The notes under the pieces are model-generated. The model did no database searches, had not been told where the DNA came from, and saw only the letters and a program-made list of their open reading frames with translations. This document shows, one piece after another, positions 12,610 to 25,904 of a DNA stretch of 64,000 nt; positions within the stretch are counted from its first letter, which is position 1; the number at the start of each line of letters is the position of its first letter. A program made the position numbers and the translations under genes. The stretch spans positions 61,442,001 through 61,506,000 of the forward strand of contig NC_043005.1 in the NCBI RefSeq assembly GCF_006345805.1, written 5' to 3'. This stretch comes from Octopus sinensis (taxonomy: Eukaryota).

Positions 12610-13044
12610 GAGCAAAACAGGGAAATTTAAAAAATGAAAGTCTAAAAGTGGATTAACTACATGTTAAGGAGTTTGAGAGTGTTAGCATCGATTTCTCTAA
12701 GCGGCCAGAACTTTCGCTCGTGTATGCATGGGTAAAACCTCCTATTTGACATTTAGGAACATCTTAAGCGTGAGTCGGTTCTTAAGTATCTGCCTTTTCT
12801 CCGCTAAAGATAATTCGCATTCTTCCCTCGTGCATATGGTCCATGCGTTTTGATATATTCATGCATAACTATGTTTAATAGGTGGAATATATGTATGTAG
12901 CAAGCAGAACAAGGTCAGCATAATTTTCGCCATGACTGATTTCATTGCTGTTATCTCTGAGTACTTAAATATGCATCTCAAGTACACATATACGTAACAT
13001 AACCATCCATACATAGCACATACAAATATACACATATATGCATA

Positions 13045-13053
13045 TGTGTTTGG

Positions 13054-13148
<95 letters not shown>

Positions 13149-13160
13149 CGGAAAGATAGA
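13045..13160. repeat. (GATA)n microsatellite
   Basis: Read directly from the sequence. Confidence 0.95.
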
Positions 13161-13724
13161 TTGATTGATCGATTGGAAAACACATACGTTTATGTTCTCA
13201 CTACTAGAGCCAATAACCATGGTAAATTGGTATAATTACATTGCATGTGTGTGTGTGTGTGTGTGTAAATGTGTACATACCTATGTATATGAGTGTGTGA
13301 GATTGTGTGAATGTGCGTCAGTGTGTCTTTATTCATACATATACGTACGTGTATTTGTTTTGGTATATGAGTGATGAATGGTATCATTGCTATAGATCAC
13401 TATATTTTTGCATGTCACAACTAGCTTAGATGGTGGAAAATGCATAGCAAGGTGTAAATATGTGTAATATAAATGGACAAAAGGTCTATTCACAACATTG
13501 CTGTATAGTTTTGGCCGTTGTAAATGTGTTAAGTAGATGTATGCACGGTTATATTGTTGTGGCCATCTTTGAAATGGAAGGTAATCATGAAGATAAATTG
13601 CCAATCAATGTCCATTTAGAGATAATCGACTTGGTAATTGAAAGAACTCCACAATAAAAAGATGTGATTCATCCGTCACGATAAAAGATTGAATATATAT
13701 TTTCTTTTTACTGAACAATCCTAA

Positions 13725-13726
13725 AG

Positions 13727-13802
<76 letters not shown>

Positions 13803-13813
13803 ATGTATATATG

Positions 13814-13845
<32 letters not shown>

Positions 13846-13901
13846 ATATTATGTATGTATATATATATATATATAATAATATATATATATATGTATGTAT
13901 G

Positions 13902-13935
<34 letters not shown>

Positions 13936-13944
13936 ATGTATGTG

Positions 13945-13975
<31 letters not shown>

Positions 13976-14020
13976 ATTATATATATATGTATGTATATTA
14001 TATATATGTATGTATATATA

Positions 14021-14081
<61 letters not shown>

Positions 14082-14126
14082 TGTATGTATGTATATATAT
14101 GTATGTATTATATATATGTATGTATA

Positions 14127-14162
<36 letters not shown>

Positions 14163-14318
14163 TGTATGTATATATATATATGTGTGTGTGTGTGTATGTA
14201 TGTATGCATGTAGATAGACAGGCAGATAGATAGATAGATAGATACATACATACATAAATACATACATACATACATACATACATAATACTCAAACACAAAT
14301 AAGCCAGATGCACACGCG

Positions 14319-14393
<75 letters not shown>

Positions 14394-14560
14394 GACGTGT
14401 AAATATCCATGTAAATACACGCACATATATATACATGCATGCATATATACATGCATCCATACATAAATACATGATATATATATATATGTGAATATATTTA
14501 TATATAATATATTCATGCTTGTATGTATACATGTATGCATGTGTGCATGTATTTATATGA
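13725..14560. repeat. Long compound TA/TGTA/GATA/CATA microsatellite
   Basis: Read directly. It is the source of many spurious YI/CM ORFs. Confidence 0.95.
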
Positions 14561-14599
14561 CTATGTATGTGTTCGCAATTTTGATACATTCTGTCCTTA

Positions 14600-14825
14600 A
14601 GGAAGCGAGCTGGTAGTATTGTTAGCATGCTGAGCAAAATGCTTAGCGACAGTTATCTGTCTTCACTTTCCTTGTTCAAATTCTGCCTAGGTCTACTTTG
14701 CCTCTCATCTGTGAGAAAGTCGATAAAATAAGCACCGGTGCAACACTGGGATCGATGTAACCGATTTACTACCTCGCCTGAATTTTCTAGCCTTATACCA
14801 AAATTTGAAATCAATATATTTTGGC
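14600..14825 (+). mobile_element. tRNA-derived SINE with a Meta-like central domain, decayed
   Basis: GAGCTGG...GTTAGCATGC...GTTCAAATTC...GTCGATAAAATAAG...CCAAAATTTGAAATC. Confidence 0.75.
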
Positions 14826-15017
14826 CTTCATCTTGCCACCTTACACAACTTAGCTTTATAACTACGACTCTAATCGCAACACACGCACGTACTCACACAT
14901 CTACGCATACACACATATATACTTACACACACACACACATCCATGCACTATATATATATATATATATAATGCATATATTCATACATACATACATACATTC
15001 ATACATACATACATACA

Positions 15018-15048
<31 letters not shown>

Positions 15049-15155
15049 GCCCTGCAGATATAAATATCTTTTTGAATATCAAAGGAAAAGTGGATATCTA
15101 TAGACAACTGCTTCGACACCTTCGGCTTCTTATTTCTTTATTGCCCACAAGGGAA

Positions 15156-15420
15156 CTAGGTTTTGTTAGTAAATGCTTAAAGGAGAATCTGGATACACTA
15201 GGAATTTCATAAAGCGAAATCGACCGGCTGAAATCGACAAGTGTGATTTGTGAGTTGAACAGTAAAAATATACAAGACTTTTCTCAAGTTCCAAATGTGA
15301 ATTCGTCTGTGTTAACTACATCCCAAAGAAGGAACCTTGTAATTTTGTCGGAAACTGGCTCCCTCCTCAGTGGAAGATTTATAAAAATTAAAGATTAATA
15401 ATTAAAAAATAGAAGATATA
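15156..15420 (+). mobile_element. R4/Dong-like RLE LINE 3' end (subfamily C) ending in (CATA)n
   Basis: LGFVSKCLKENLDTLG...TVKIYKTFLKFQM* is homologous to the ORF end of the 41125 element. The 3' UTR differs, and (CATA)n follows at 15421. Confidence 0.7.
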
Positions 15421-15639
15421 CATACATACATACATACATTATTTGCAAACAACTTGCAAATGCAAGTGCTTCCAGGTGAAAACTACGCAAAGCAGATACT
15501 AACAACAAGGGCATATGTATGTATGTATGTATTCATGAATATATGCATATATATGTAGTGTATTCATGTGTGTGTGTAAGTATATATGTGTGTATGTGTA
15601 GATGTGTGAGTATGTGCGTGTGTTGCGATTAGTATGGTG

Positions 15640-16815
15640 CAGAGCGAACACGGGCTTGAACCGATCAGAGCCAAAACCAAGTCCTTTCCGATCAATTTGC
15701 GCAGCAACCATAAGTGAAAATAGGATATTTATTTTTTGCTTTCCAATTACTGGCTGTTTTTACATCTTGTGGAATGCGCTTCATCTCTGGATCCTTCGAC
15801 TCTTTTAGCACCATCAACTGTTTGTACAGTCCCTACTTTATAAATTTCAACGATTGATCCCAGTGGAAATTGCAGTGAGCCTCTTTTACGATAAAAGTTG
15901 AACTTATTAGTATCCGAGGTAGAAACCTGGACGTTATCAAAGAAGTTTGAGAGGCGGTTGGATGGAACCTACACTCGCCTCCTTATGAGAGCTCAAAATC
16001 TCTCGTGGAAGCGCCATCCAACCAAAATGCAAATATATGGGAAACTACCACCTGTGTCATCTCTTGTGAAAGGTAGGAGAGTCCAGTTTGCTGGACATTG
16101 TTGTAGAGCTGAAAAAGAAGTAATTTCTACTCTTCTCCTCTGGAAGCCATCTACTCGCAATACCAGAGGGCGCACACACTCCTACCCTGATGTAATCTCC
16201 AGGGATACAGGCATCCAGCAACAGGACCTCCGTAATGCCATGATGGACCGTGAAGTCTGGCGTAGCATGGTAAATTCCTTTGTCTCGACCACGGTCGAAC
16301 AATGATGATGATGATCCGAGGTAGACCTAACAAACACATTGCACTTTTGGTCAATGATTTGAACCCGTGACAATGCAATCTCGTATACTAGAAGTTGCCA
16401 CGAAAAACCTGGATATAAGCCAAACTGTAAACAACATATTTTATACTTGCATAGTCGCTTTAAACCATCAACTGCTGTTGGTCTATCCTCAGCTTCCTTC
16501 ATGATCTGCATTCCGCAACTGTTATCTGACAACAGATTCTTCCTTGACTGTAGCAATGCCTTCACCTATTATTTAAAATTCCAATTCTTTCTTCTTCACT
16601 CCCTTAATAAATGTCAGACTGCGTGACATTTTTGCCCCGAACTGCATCCTTGTCCACTTCATCAGCTAGTCTAGCCTTGAGAGAGCATTCTGCATGATCC
16701 GTTTATCTATCGATAGAAGAGTCAGGTCATCCATGAAGGCCTTCTTAGGTGATTATATACAGGCCATTTGTTCTGAAATGTCTGTCGCTTTGAAAATCAG
16801 CTCCATGACTAGAAT
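15640..16815 (-). mobile_element. HERO-clade (RLE) LINE RT fragment, split by an RTE insertion
   Basis: KAFMDDLTLL...LMKWTRMQF...SRSLTFIKG; YPGFSWQLLVYEIALSRV; GLPR...LQFPLGSIVEIYKVG...KESKDPE...RKGLGFG. The clade call is from remembered HERO RT motifs. Confidence 0.8.
15924..16313 (+). mobile_element. 5'-truncated RTE/RTE-X LINE with (TGA)n tail and 12-bp TSD
   Basis: Open frame ETWTLSKKFERRLDGTYTRLL...RRVQFAGHC...DREVWR...EQ*, an (ATG)n tail, and TSD ATCCGAGGTAGA at 15912-15923 and 16314-16325. Confidence 0.92.
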
Positions 16816-17164
16816 TAACGTATATATACGTGTGTATGTGTGTGTGTGTGTGCGTGTGTGTGTATGTGTCTAAACACACACAAACCCACGCGCACGCACA
16901 CACACACATATATCAATACATTGATTTAGCTCCTAGTGTTGCTTAAAGTTTTGCTGACGGGAAAAACATAACCAGCCACTTGGACTTTCAAAAGCAAAAA
17001 ACAGAAAAGGAAAATCATGAATTCCTCTTTATTAAAAAGAGAACTTAACTCCTATTGGTCAGTTCAAGTGACCTTGTTGCAGTGATAACTCAGTGACAAC
17101 AGATCTAGATGCTGAAAGACAATCACCGCTTAAGGCGTGGGGATTGGTAAGAATTGGTTCCTAC

Positions 17165-17570
17165 GAGATGGCAGAAACGTTAGCATGCGGGAGAAATGCT
17201 TAGCGGTATTTCGTCTGCCGTTATGTTCTGAGTTCAAATTCCGCCGAGGTCGACTTTGCCTTTCATCCTTTCGGGGACGATAAATTAAGTACCAGTTACG
17301 CACTGGGGTCGATATAATCGACTTAATTCGTTTGTCCGTCCTTGTTTGTCCTCTCTGTGTTTAGCCCCTTGTGGGTAGTAAAGAAATAGGTATTTCGTCT
17401 GCCGCTACGTTCTAAGTTCAAATTCCGCCAAGGTCGACTTTCTCTTTTATGCTTTCGAGATCGATAAATTAAGTACCAGTTACGCACTGGGGGCGATGTA
17501 ATCGACTTGATCCCTTTATCTATCCCCTCTATGTTTAGCTCCTTGTGGGCAATAAAGAAATAAGAATTGA
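17165..17570 (+). mobile_element. Two tandem Meta-like SINEs with a Tx1-like 3' tail
   Basis: Head GCAGAAACGTTAGC...GAGTTCAAATTCC and centre GGTCGACTTTGCCTTTCATCCTTTCGGGG. The tail is TTAGCCCCTTGTGGGTAGTAAAGAAATA. The second copy begins at 17389. Confidence 0.85.
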
Positions 17571-18499
17571 TTCCTGCAATATACGATCCTTCATCGGGCG
17601 ATAAAATGCTTGTTGTCCGTAGAAAGAATAGCATCACAATTTCTGAAGCTCACTTGATCAAAACAGAATACACACACCTAACTGAAGTCAAAACGTTGCA
17701 GAAATGTTAAATCAACCACAATGGCTCTAACACTCCGCGGCTGCAGGTGGATGCGATTGAGGGATGTTTTATACGTTATAGAAAGAGTTTCGTTTTCGAT
17801 TTTTTGGTTACATTCCCATAAACGTCAGAACTTAGCGACGTCTAGTGTAGATGAGAGATGTGTGCCTGATGAACATCGCATACTAGATATCTCTATTTCT
17901 AGCTTATCTTTTTATAAATCCACAATTTTCGTCAAAATATTCATGTGTGTGTGTGTGTATTTCATGATTGCCGCATTCTAAGTATGTTTGTATGTCTATA
18001 TCTGGCTCCTTATATTTTTTCAAATCCACAATCTTCTTCAAATATAATTGTATGCGTGCGTGTATGAATACCTTTTCACACAGAGACACATGTATATGCA
18101 TATACATCCATACATTTATGTAGGTGTTTGTATGCGATGGTGTGTATGCATGCGTGCGTGCTCGCACCTATATGTGCGTGTGTGCGAGCTTGTGTGCGTG
18201 TGCCTGTGAATAGTCATCCATTGATATTCACCTGTCGATAAGACTGACATTTGATGTTACTGATTAACATTCGAGAATATCTAAGCTATTGACCTTCATC
18301 TTCTCCGAATCAGCATTTCAACGTCACTATGAAATTATCTGAGATATTTTTAGTGTAACTTTATGAGCATTTTTGTGAATATATCCTGATCCTCACATAA
18401 TTTTCATTTCAGTCAGGTGTATTTTGTTTTGATGAATTCGATCTCTGGGCAGCTGCAAGCAACTTAATTGATATTTGTGATTGATCTCATAGGCTATGC

Positions 18500-18718
18500 A
18501 TAAGTCGGTGAACTTGAAGAGAGATTAGCACGCCGGGCAAAATGCTTAGCATCATTTCGTCCGTCGTTACGTTCTGAGTTCAAGTTTCGCAGAGGTTGAC
18601 TTTGCCTTGCATCCTTTCGGGGTAAATGAAATAAGTACCAGTTACGTACTAGGTTCGATATAATCGACTGGCCCCTCCCCCAAAAATGTCAGGCCTTGTG
18701 CCGTTGGTAGGAAGGCTT
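18500..18718 (+). mobile_element. Meta-like SINE with a (TTA)n-ending tail variant
   Basis: Same head and centre as 17165, with tail CCCCTCCCCCAAAAATGTCAGGCCTTGTGCC followed by (TTA)n. Confidence 0.8.
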
Positions 18719-18737
18719 ATTATTATTATTATTATTA

Positions 18738-18770
<33 letters not shown>

Positions 18771-18839
18771 CATCATCATCATCATCGTCATCATCATCAT
18801 AAATATTATTATTTGTTGTTGCTGCTGTTGTTGTGGCTA

Positions 18840-19305
18840 TTGGGCGAGAGAGCAGTGCATGCCATCGTATTGACACTTGGGTATAAAGCTCAATATACCC
18901 ATCATGACTAACCGTCTCATAAGAGTACACCAGGCACAAGCATCACAACCGTATGTGCGTGACAAGGTGATCTCATATTAAGATAAAAATCGCATGACCT
19001 TGCAGGCGGGGCCCATTTGCAATTTTCTTCTGGTCGAGTAGCCCATTCTGCTCATTCTTATTCAAGGTCCCGGAATAACAGTTGCTTAAGAAAGTTGAAC
19101 GAAACAGCCATGTTTCCAGTGGTCACTTACTGAAACCCCCCAAAGAATTCCCCTCAGCATATGGCTATGATGCTCTCCTACTATTTCTGCTCGTGATCGG
19201 AGTTGCACATATTGTCAGCCACCGAGGGCCATGCTCAACTGGTTAAGATCAAACAATTGACAAGCAAACCTGTGGTACTGGGCAGAATATATGCTGTAAC
19301 CCGCA
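18840..19305 (-). mobile_element. About 465-bp non-coding element flanked on both sides by (TTA)n-type tracts
   Basis: A balanced-GC block with no tRNA head and no convincing ORF lies between TTA/TCA/TTG repeats and (TTA)n. The orientation is tentative. Confidence 0.5.
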
Positions 19306-19314
19306 TTATTATTA

Positions 19315-19356
<42 letters not shown>

Positions 19357-19357
<1 letters not shown>

Positions 19358-19530
19358 GGACAAGTAGAAAGATAAATTTTATTCTACGCATGGATACTGA
19401 ACAGTATATATATAAAGGATAAAATCCTTTTTATCCTTTTTAAAGCAGAAAAATTTGTCAGCAGCCAGCCATGAGGGTCGTGGCTGCCGACAAAATTTTT
19501 CTGCTTTAAAAAGAAAAAAAAGGATTTTAT

Positions 19531-19616
<86 letters not shown>

Positions 19617-19661
19617 TGTTAAGTATCTATGCGTTGAATAAAATTTCTTTCTACTTGTTCT
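19357..19661. mobile_element. Fold-back MITE-like palindrome with (TA)n expanded in one arm
   Basis: The left arm CAAGTAGAAAG...GTCAGCAGCCA (19361-19467) is a near-perfect reverse complement of the right arm (19481-19657), with a 13-nt spacer. Confidence 0.85.
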
Positions 19662-19754
19662 ACAATAGATTTCAACGCTTCAAAAAACAAAAGTTGTTTG
19701 TTTACATACGGTATATTGTTATTATTATTATCATTATTATTATTATTATTATTA

Positions 19755-20165
19755 AGTCGGAGATCTGGAAGAAGTGTTAACACGCCGGGCAAAATGCGTA
19801 GCTACTTTTTGCCCGTCTTTATGTCCTGAGTTCAAGTTTCGCCGAGGTCGACTTTTTTCTGTCATTCTTGCGGGGTCGATAAAATAAGTACCAGCTGAGC
19901 ACTGGGATTGATATGTGTGACTTATTACCTCCGGCGAATTTACTTTCCTTGTGCCAAAATTTGAAATCATTGTTATTAACATTTTTCGGCATGCCTTTCG
20001 GTTCTGCACGTTCTAAGTTCAAATATCGCCGAAGCCAACTTTACCTGACATTCTTTCGGAATCAATCAAATAAAGTACTTGTTAAGTACAGCGATCCGTG
20101 TAATTAACTACACCTTTTCCCCACCCACAAAATTGCTGGATTTGTGCCAAAATTAGAAAGAATTG
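19755..20165 (+). mobile_element. Two tandem Meta-like SINEs, decayed
   Basis: GTTAACACGCCGGGCAAAATGC...CCAAAATTTGAAATC, followed by a second headless copy from about 19988. Confidence 0.75.
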
Positions 20166-20631
20166 TTGTTGTTGTTGTTGTTTTCATTAGTCCCTGGTAC
20201 TAATACCCAGCATCTAGCTTATTTATTTTGAAAGATTATTCGCCTTCCTTCTGTGCAATATTTAGTTTCGGAAGGGATAAGGATGTTTATGAGAGAGTAT
20301 ACATGTTCTTATTTCATATATTTATATTATATCTGGACTGTTCGATCACCTGACATTTACGATCACCTGGCATATTGTAACCAAGTTATTGCTATATATC
20401 GAATTTGCAGTGTGCTTATAAAAAAATTATGTTCCATTTCGACATAAAAATATCGCCATGTTACATAATGCATAATAGCTACCTACCCTGTTATATCTAT
20501 TGATATATCTTTCCTGAGAACAAGGCAGTTTGTAATGAGCAGGTCAATATAATCTATATTTTGATTATACATAGTCTGCTGTTGACATTAGTCTTTTGTT
20601 TATTGACTTTATGTTCGTATATATTTATATA

Positions 20632-20688
<57 letters not shown>

Positions 20689-20699
20689 TTCTCATTTTT

Positions 20700-20930
20700 C
20701 TTCTTTTTTCAGGCATTGATCTTGTGGAGCTAAAATCAAACCTTCCGTTTCTAACTTTAGTCGAAAGTTTTGCGCTATTTTTGGCTTTCATTTTGGCTCA
20801 CTTCCTCTCTGATCAATCTTCCAGGATACTGACCACGGAGAAGCTTTTCTATCCATTTGTTTCTTTAATATATGTTGGTGTTCCGCTTTGATATTTTTGC
20901 TTCGTTTTGTTGATCTTGATTCTATTTGTA
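20700..20930 (-). mobile_element. R4/Dong-like RLE LINE internal fragment
   Basis: WIEKLLRGQYPGRL...RLKLETEGLILAPQDQCL, the conserved LHGQY and ETEG..AAQDQ region upstream of the CCHC finger. Confidence 0.75.
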
Positions 20931-21239
20931 TTTTAATCACTAAAATACATATATATATAGAAATTATGGGTTGTCTTTATGTGTAGATATTGGGTATAGC
21001 ACACGACGAATTTGTTATTTGGAATAGGGCTAGACACCAGAGAAGCATTGATTGAGAAACTTCCAAAAGAACCATCTTCTTAAGGGATCTAATCGTAACT
21101 TTGTTTATTCAGTCCTTTTTGTTTATTTATTGTCGTCATTTAAAGTTTCTATTTGCTCATAACTTTGTTGATTTGCTCTTACATAATGCTAATGTCGGGA
21201 ACCAGAATACATCATTTCTCTCATATCTGAAACGACGCT

Positions 21240-21560
21240 GCTACTGCATATTCTAGACTGCATCTAGAAAATGGGTGCCTGACTGACTGGCCTAAAGTGG
21301 CAAATAGACATTCATTTGTCTCTGCTTCACACATTCACTGTCGCCTCTCAGAATTTCTACTGTTACTGAAATATTTTCTTCTCCTCGGATGTGACCAGAT
21401 TCATGCCACGTACACGGAAGCAATTCCAGCCGACCTGGCTGTTCTTCTCTGGTCAACTTGTTCCGTTCAACCCTAAGCGCTGCGTTAATTGCTACAACCA
21501 ATCCTTTCTTCACAGAATGTCTGCGCGCTGGAATTCTTTCTCGCATATGTTGACTAACAA
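21240..21560 (+). mobile_element. CR1/L2-group (Crack-like) LINE 3' ORF fragment
   Basis: TVASQNFYCY*...CYNQSFLHRMSARWNSF resembles the VASLSLFYRY...YSNSFFPRT..LWNSLP C-terminus. Confidence 0.6.
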
Positions 21561-22768
21561 AGACTCAAGAGGAACACTAATAGCACCAATTTCACCGGTC
21601 TAAGTTATCCTGTGAAGTCCATGAGTGCTGTGCCTTCTCCAGACGAAGCAAATCAGAAATGGTGATAATATTTGGATACATTTTTGTAAAGTGTGCTTTC
21701 TTTAAAAAGAATTCGATTTTATTTGTGAGTCCTAATAATCTAAATAATATCTAAATTCAGAACAAAAATAATAATGCAAATAATATCTAAATTCATCACC
21801 AATTGTCTGTTTTTTAGATCTACCTCAACAGTGTATGTGTTGCATATAATAAACCATACCACTTTTGAAACCATTATAGAACCACCGTTATCTGTTTCAT
21901 GTGTATCCGGCAATGTAGTCGCCGATTCTGCATGTGTGATTTGAAATATTACCTACTATAAGAAATTATCAATTTACAATGAATTTTAATCACATTTGAG
22001 TTGCTCAGTTGCAGAATCAAAGACGTGTTTGTGTGTTTGTTTTTTTATAATATATCATCAATATATAATCATCATATATTGATGTTGGAGAAGTAAGATA
22101 CGATTTTTCATGTTATGACTGCACCTATAAAAGCAGGTTGACTCAGGACCGCAAAAAAAAAAGAGAAAATGAATCACAGTAATAATTCCAGTCTTGTTTT
22201 TATTTAGTAGTGAAGGATGAATTATCCCCCTTATACGGTAATCAGTTGTGGTGATGTAGAAATAGACGATTCCAAACCGTGTTCTATTAATTGCAAGCTA
22301 CAGGCTTTTGAACAGTGAATACATTTCTTCTTCCATTATCGAATGAACGCGCGTCTTCAGAAATCGCATGTATCACACACATTCCTATACGTTGTTGTAA
22401 ATATAAGCAGAAGTGATCGTAAGATTTATAGCATCCATGTTCATTCTTGATCTTCTTGAAACCTTTATATCAAAATCAATCAATTAATGAAATATCTGAA
22501 ATATGACCTATGAAAAATGTTTAAGTAAAGACATAGTTAATTAGCTTTCTTAGAAAATTCTAAATTTGATTCGGTTAGACATTTGAAAATCAGTTATTTC
22601 CTGATATGTCAGTCTTCTGCAAGAGTCTAGAATCGGCTAGAATCTTACTAATGGATCCTTTCAGCTTGCATTACACACACATGTGCTCGCATGCACACAA
22701 ACACACAAAGGCACGCACGCACACATAATATTAAATATTATACATATGATAATATGAGTGTGTGCGTG

Positions 22769-22799
<31 letters not shown>

Positions 22800-22846
22800 T
22801 CACATACATATACGCGTATGTGTGTGCGTGTGCATGTGTGTATACG

Positions 22847-22884
<38 letters not shown>

Positions 22885-22931
22885 CGTATGCATGTATGTA
22901 TGCATGCATGTATGTTTGTATCTATATACAA

Positions 22932-22962
<31 letters not shown>

Positions 22963-24766
22963 TGTATGCATTTATGTATCCATTTATGTATGTAGGTATG
23001 TATGTGGTGTGCGTTTGTATGAGTGTACAGTACGAAATTCAACCTCCAGAGGAATATACACTACAAGAAAAAGGTATAGATAAATATCAACACAAAACAC
23101 TAAAGGTTTCAAATATAATTGAATTCATCTCACAAATTAAGCTATATTGAATATCATGGAAATAGATAAAATGAAATGTTGCTAAATAATAATGGAAATA
23201 TTAATTCGATGAGTAAGTTATACCATAGATTAATATCTTCAGGCGTCTACAGTATCAGTAGAGTTACATTGTGTATAAATCGGTGAGCTGGCAGAAAAAG
23301 TTGTGGCGATTGAGACTTGATACATTACAATATTTTATTTCTACCCCGTACTTTCTGATTTTAATACTTCCGCCGGGGTGGCTTTTGCCTGACACCATTC
23401 AACGCTTGATAAAATCAAATATGCTAATATAATACTTTTGGCCTGTAACAATCGACCTATTCTCCTCCTCTCTTACAAATTAGTAACCTTGTGTCAGTGT
23501 ACAAATATTAATTTAGCTACGAATTCACAGTTCAGTTCTCTTCATATTTCAATGGTACGTTACAATAAGGCTAATTTTTAGGCGAAAGATTTATCAGTTT
23601 GAGGTGATTAGGCTACGTTATGGATAATTGTGATGGAGAACATTTGAATGCCTCTACTCTAAGAAGCTAAGGGGCAATCAATATGATTACGGTAGAAATG
23701 ACTTTCAAAAGTTTAATACTCTTAAGATATACGTTATATGCATTTATTTAAGGAAATATTAAAATGGCGGTAAGCAATAAGATGTCTGTGGCTACATACA
23801 TCATATGACCATTTGATTGAAGAAATTCCCACGTTGTTACCGCATTTTCTCTATCCCGTGATTTCAGAAATCTATGAACTCGACACCAAACCTTAAAAAC
23901 CACTAAGTACCCATTGCTTTTACAGTACTATCGCTACCTAAGTTGTTTGGTAGTACATCCTACTCATTCTTCATGACATAGTAATCAATATCGTTGAATG
24001 TCGTTAAGATGGAAAGTATGATATCACTAAAGTTTTCTAATACTAAATGCAGTCAAGCATTGGTTGAAATACTTTGCTCCCCGAAATCTCTGATAAATAT
24101 TTCAAATTTAAATAGTTTCTATGATCTAGTTTATCTTTCACCCGTTTGGAATAGATAACATATCCAGTGTGGATTTAGTTTTAACTCACACAGCTCGTAC
24201 TTAATAATTTATGCAAAGATTTTGTTGCAACTCTCTAGAAATTTTTCTGTTGTACAATTAGAGCATTGATTTAGTCTACTGCGCCTGTCTACGTTAGACT
24301 ACAAAGTTTGTGATGTGTCATGTCACCTCAAACTATATTATGAAACAAACTGCACACTACATAACGCTCCAACAATAATCTTGAACCTAATAAATAATCC
24401 TACGAGACACCCTCGAGGTATCACTCGATTTATTATAATAAGAAGCTAAATCACTTTCTCAAATCACACCCATCTATCACAAAATTAAAGGACACATTAA
24501 CCAACTTAGATCTAGAGGTTAAAATAAATACGATGATCACCTGATGGGAATACTTACATCATGTGTGCGTGTGTATGTATACACACACACATATAGATTT
24601 ATATGCTTCTGGTTGTAGTTTAATGTTAAAGTTAGTGTTTAATCATCCTGCATATATTTCATTGAATACTGTTTACATAGGGTAAATGTGTTTTGAAAGT
24701 TGTGTGTTTTGGTTTTTGATATGTTTATTCACAAACAGCACTTCTTTTAGTGCTGTTGATGCCGCC

Positions 24767-24805
<39 letters not shown>

Positions 24806-25476
24806 TAATAATAATACTAGGGAATATGATTCCAAACTTACAGGGGAAAATTCAATTTAGTAATACTAAATCAAATTTCACAATATATAATATATGCATA
24901 TAAATTAGAGAGGAACCATGTAGCAATTCAACAACAATATAATTAAATCATACCATATATTTAGTTATAGGTAAATGTTTTATCTACATTAAAATTTTTT
25001 CGTATATGCCAAGATTTATTTCATTGTTGAATTGCTACACGGGCTTTTTTTCTCTAATTTATATATATATATATATATATAAATACAATAAGAGGCTTCC
25101 AAATAGGAAAGCGTTGTGCTAGAAAGAGCAGTAGAAATCTCAAAAACCACAAAAAAGGATAAATTCTCGAAAGGAATGAAAATTAAAAACGTTTACCATC
25201 TCAACTATTTCCCAGACCATGGTTTCTAACTATTTCCAGAAAAAAATATTCGATGAAGGACAGTTTTCATCAGTGGGATAGCCTTTAGATTTCAGACATA
25301 CAGACAGCCAGATCCACATGTAGAACTAACGATTTGTATATCGTAACTTTTCAAACCACTGCGCAGACGCAGATTATACCCGGCGACAGAGAGGATGCCG
25401 GTAAAAACTTCGAACAAATTTATCAAACAGGCCACTGGTAATAATAATTTATTATTACCCTATGTATTATGTTAAT

Positions 25477-25554
<78 letters not shown>

Positions 25555-25904
25555 TATACAGGCAGTGAGAGAGAAAGAGTCAACAGGTGAGACCCAGAGA
25601 TGCTCACTATGAAAAACACATAGAAGTATTCAAATGATTTGATCTTACACACAGAAATCTTTATCAAGGAATACGTCCGTGGTGCAATGAACGACTATAA
25701 GAGGAATCCATGAGAGATAACATGGAGATAATGATGCAAATACTGAAAACACGTAAAACTGTTTTGTAGATATATAAATCTCCACATGCTTATGTATGAA
25801 TCTTCCTCTCCTGAATATTTCTAGCTTTCGTTTCTCTCAATTTATATTCCTATATGTACATATATTTACATGTATATATATGAACATATATTTTATATAT
25901 CAAG

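Noticed and set aside
20690-20891. Strong splice acceptor followed by a hydrophobic open frame
   Set aside because: The opposite strand encodes R4-like RLE motifs (GQYP, ETEG..QDQ), so this is antisense TE sequence.
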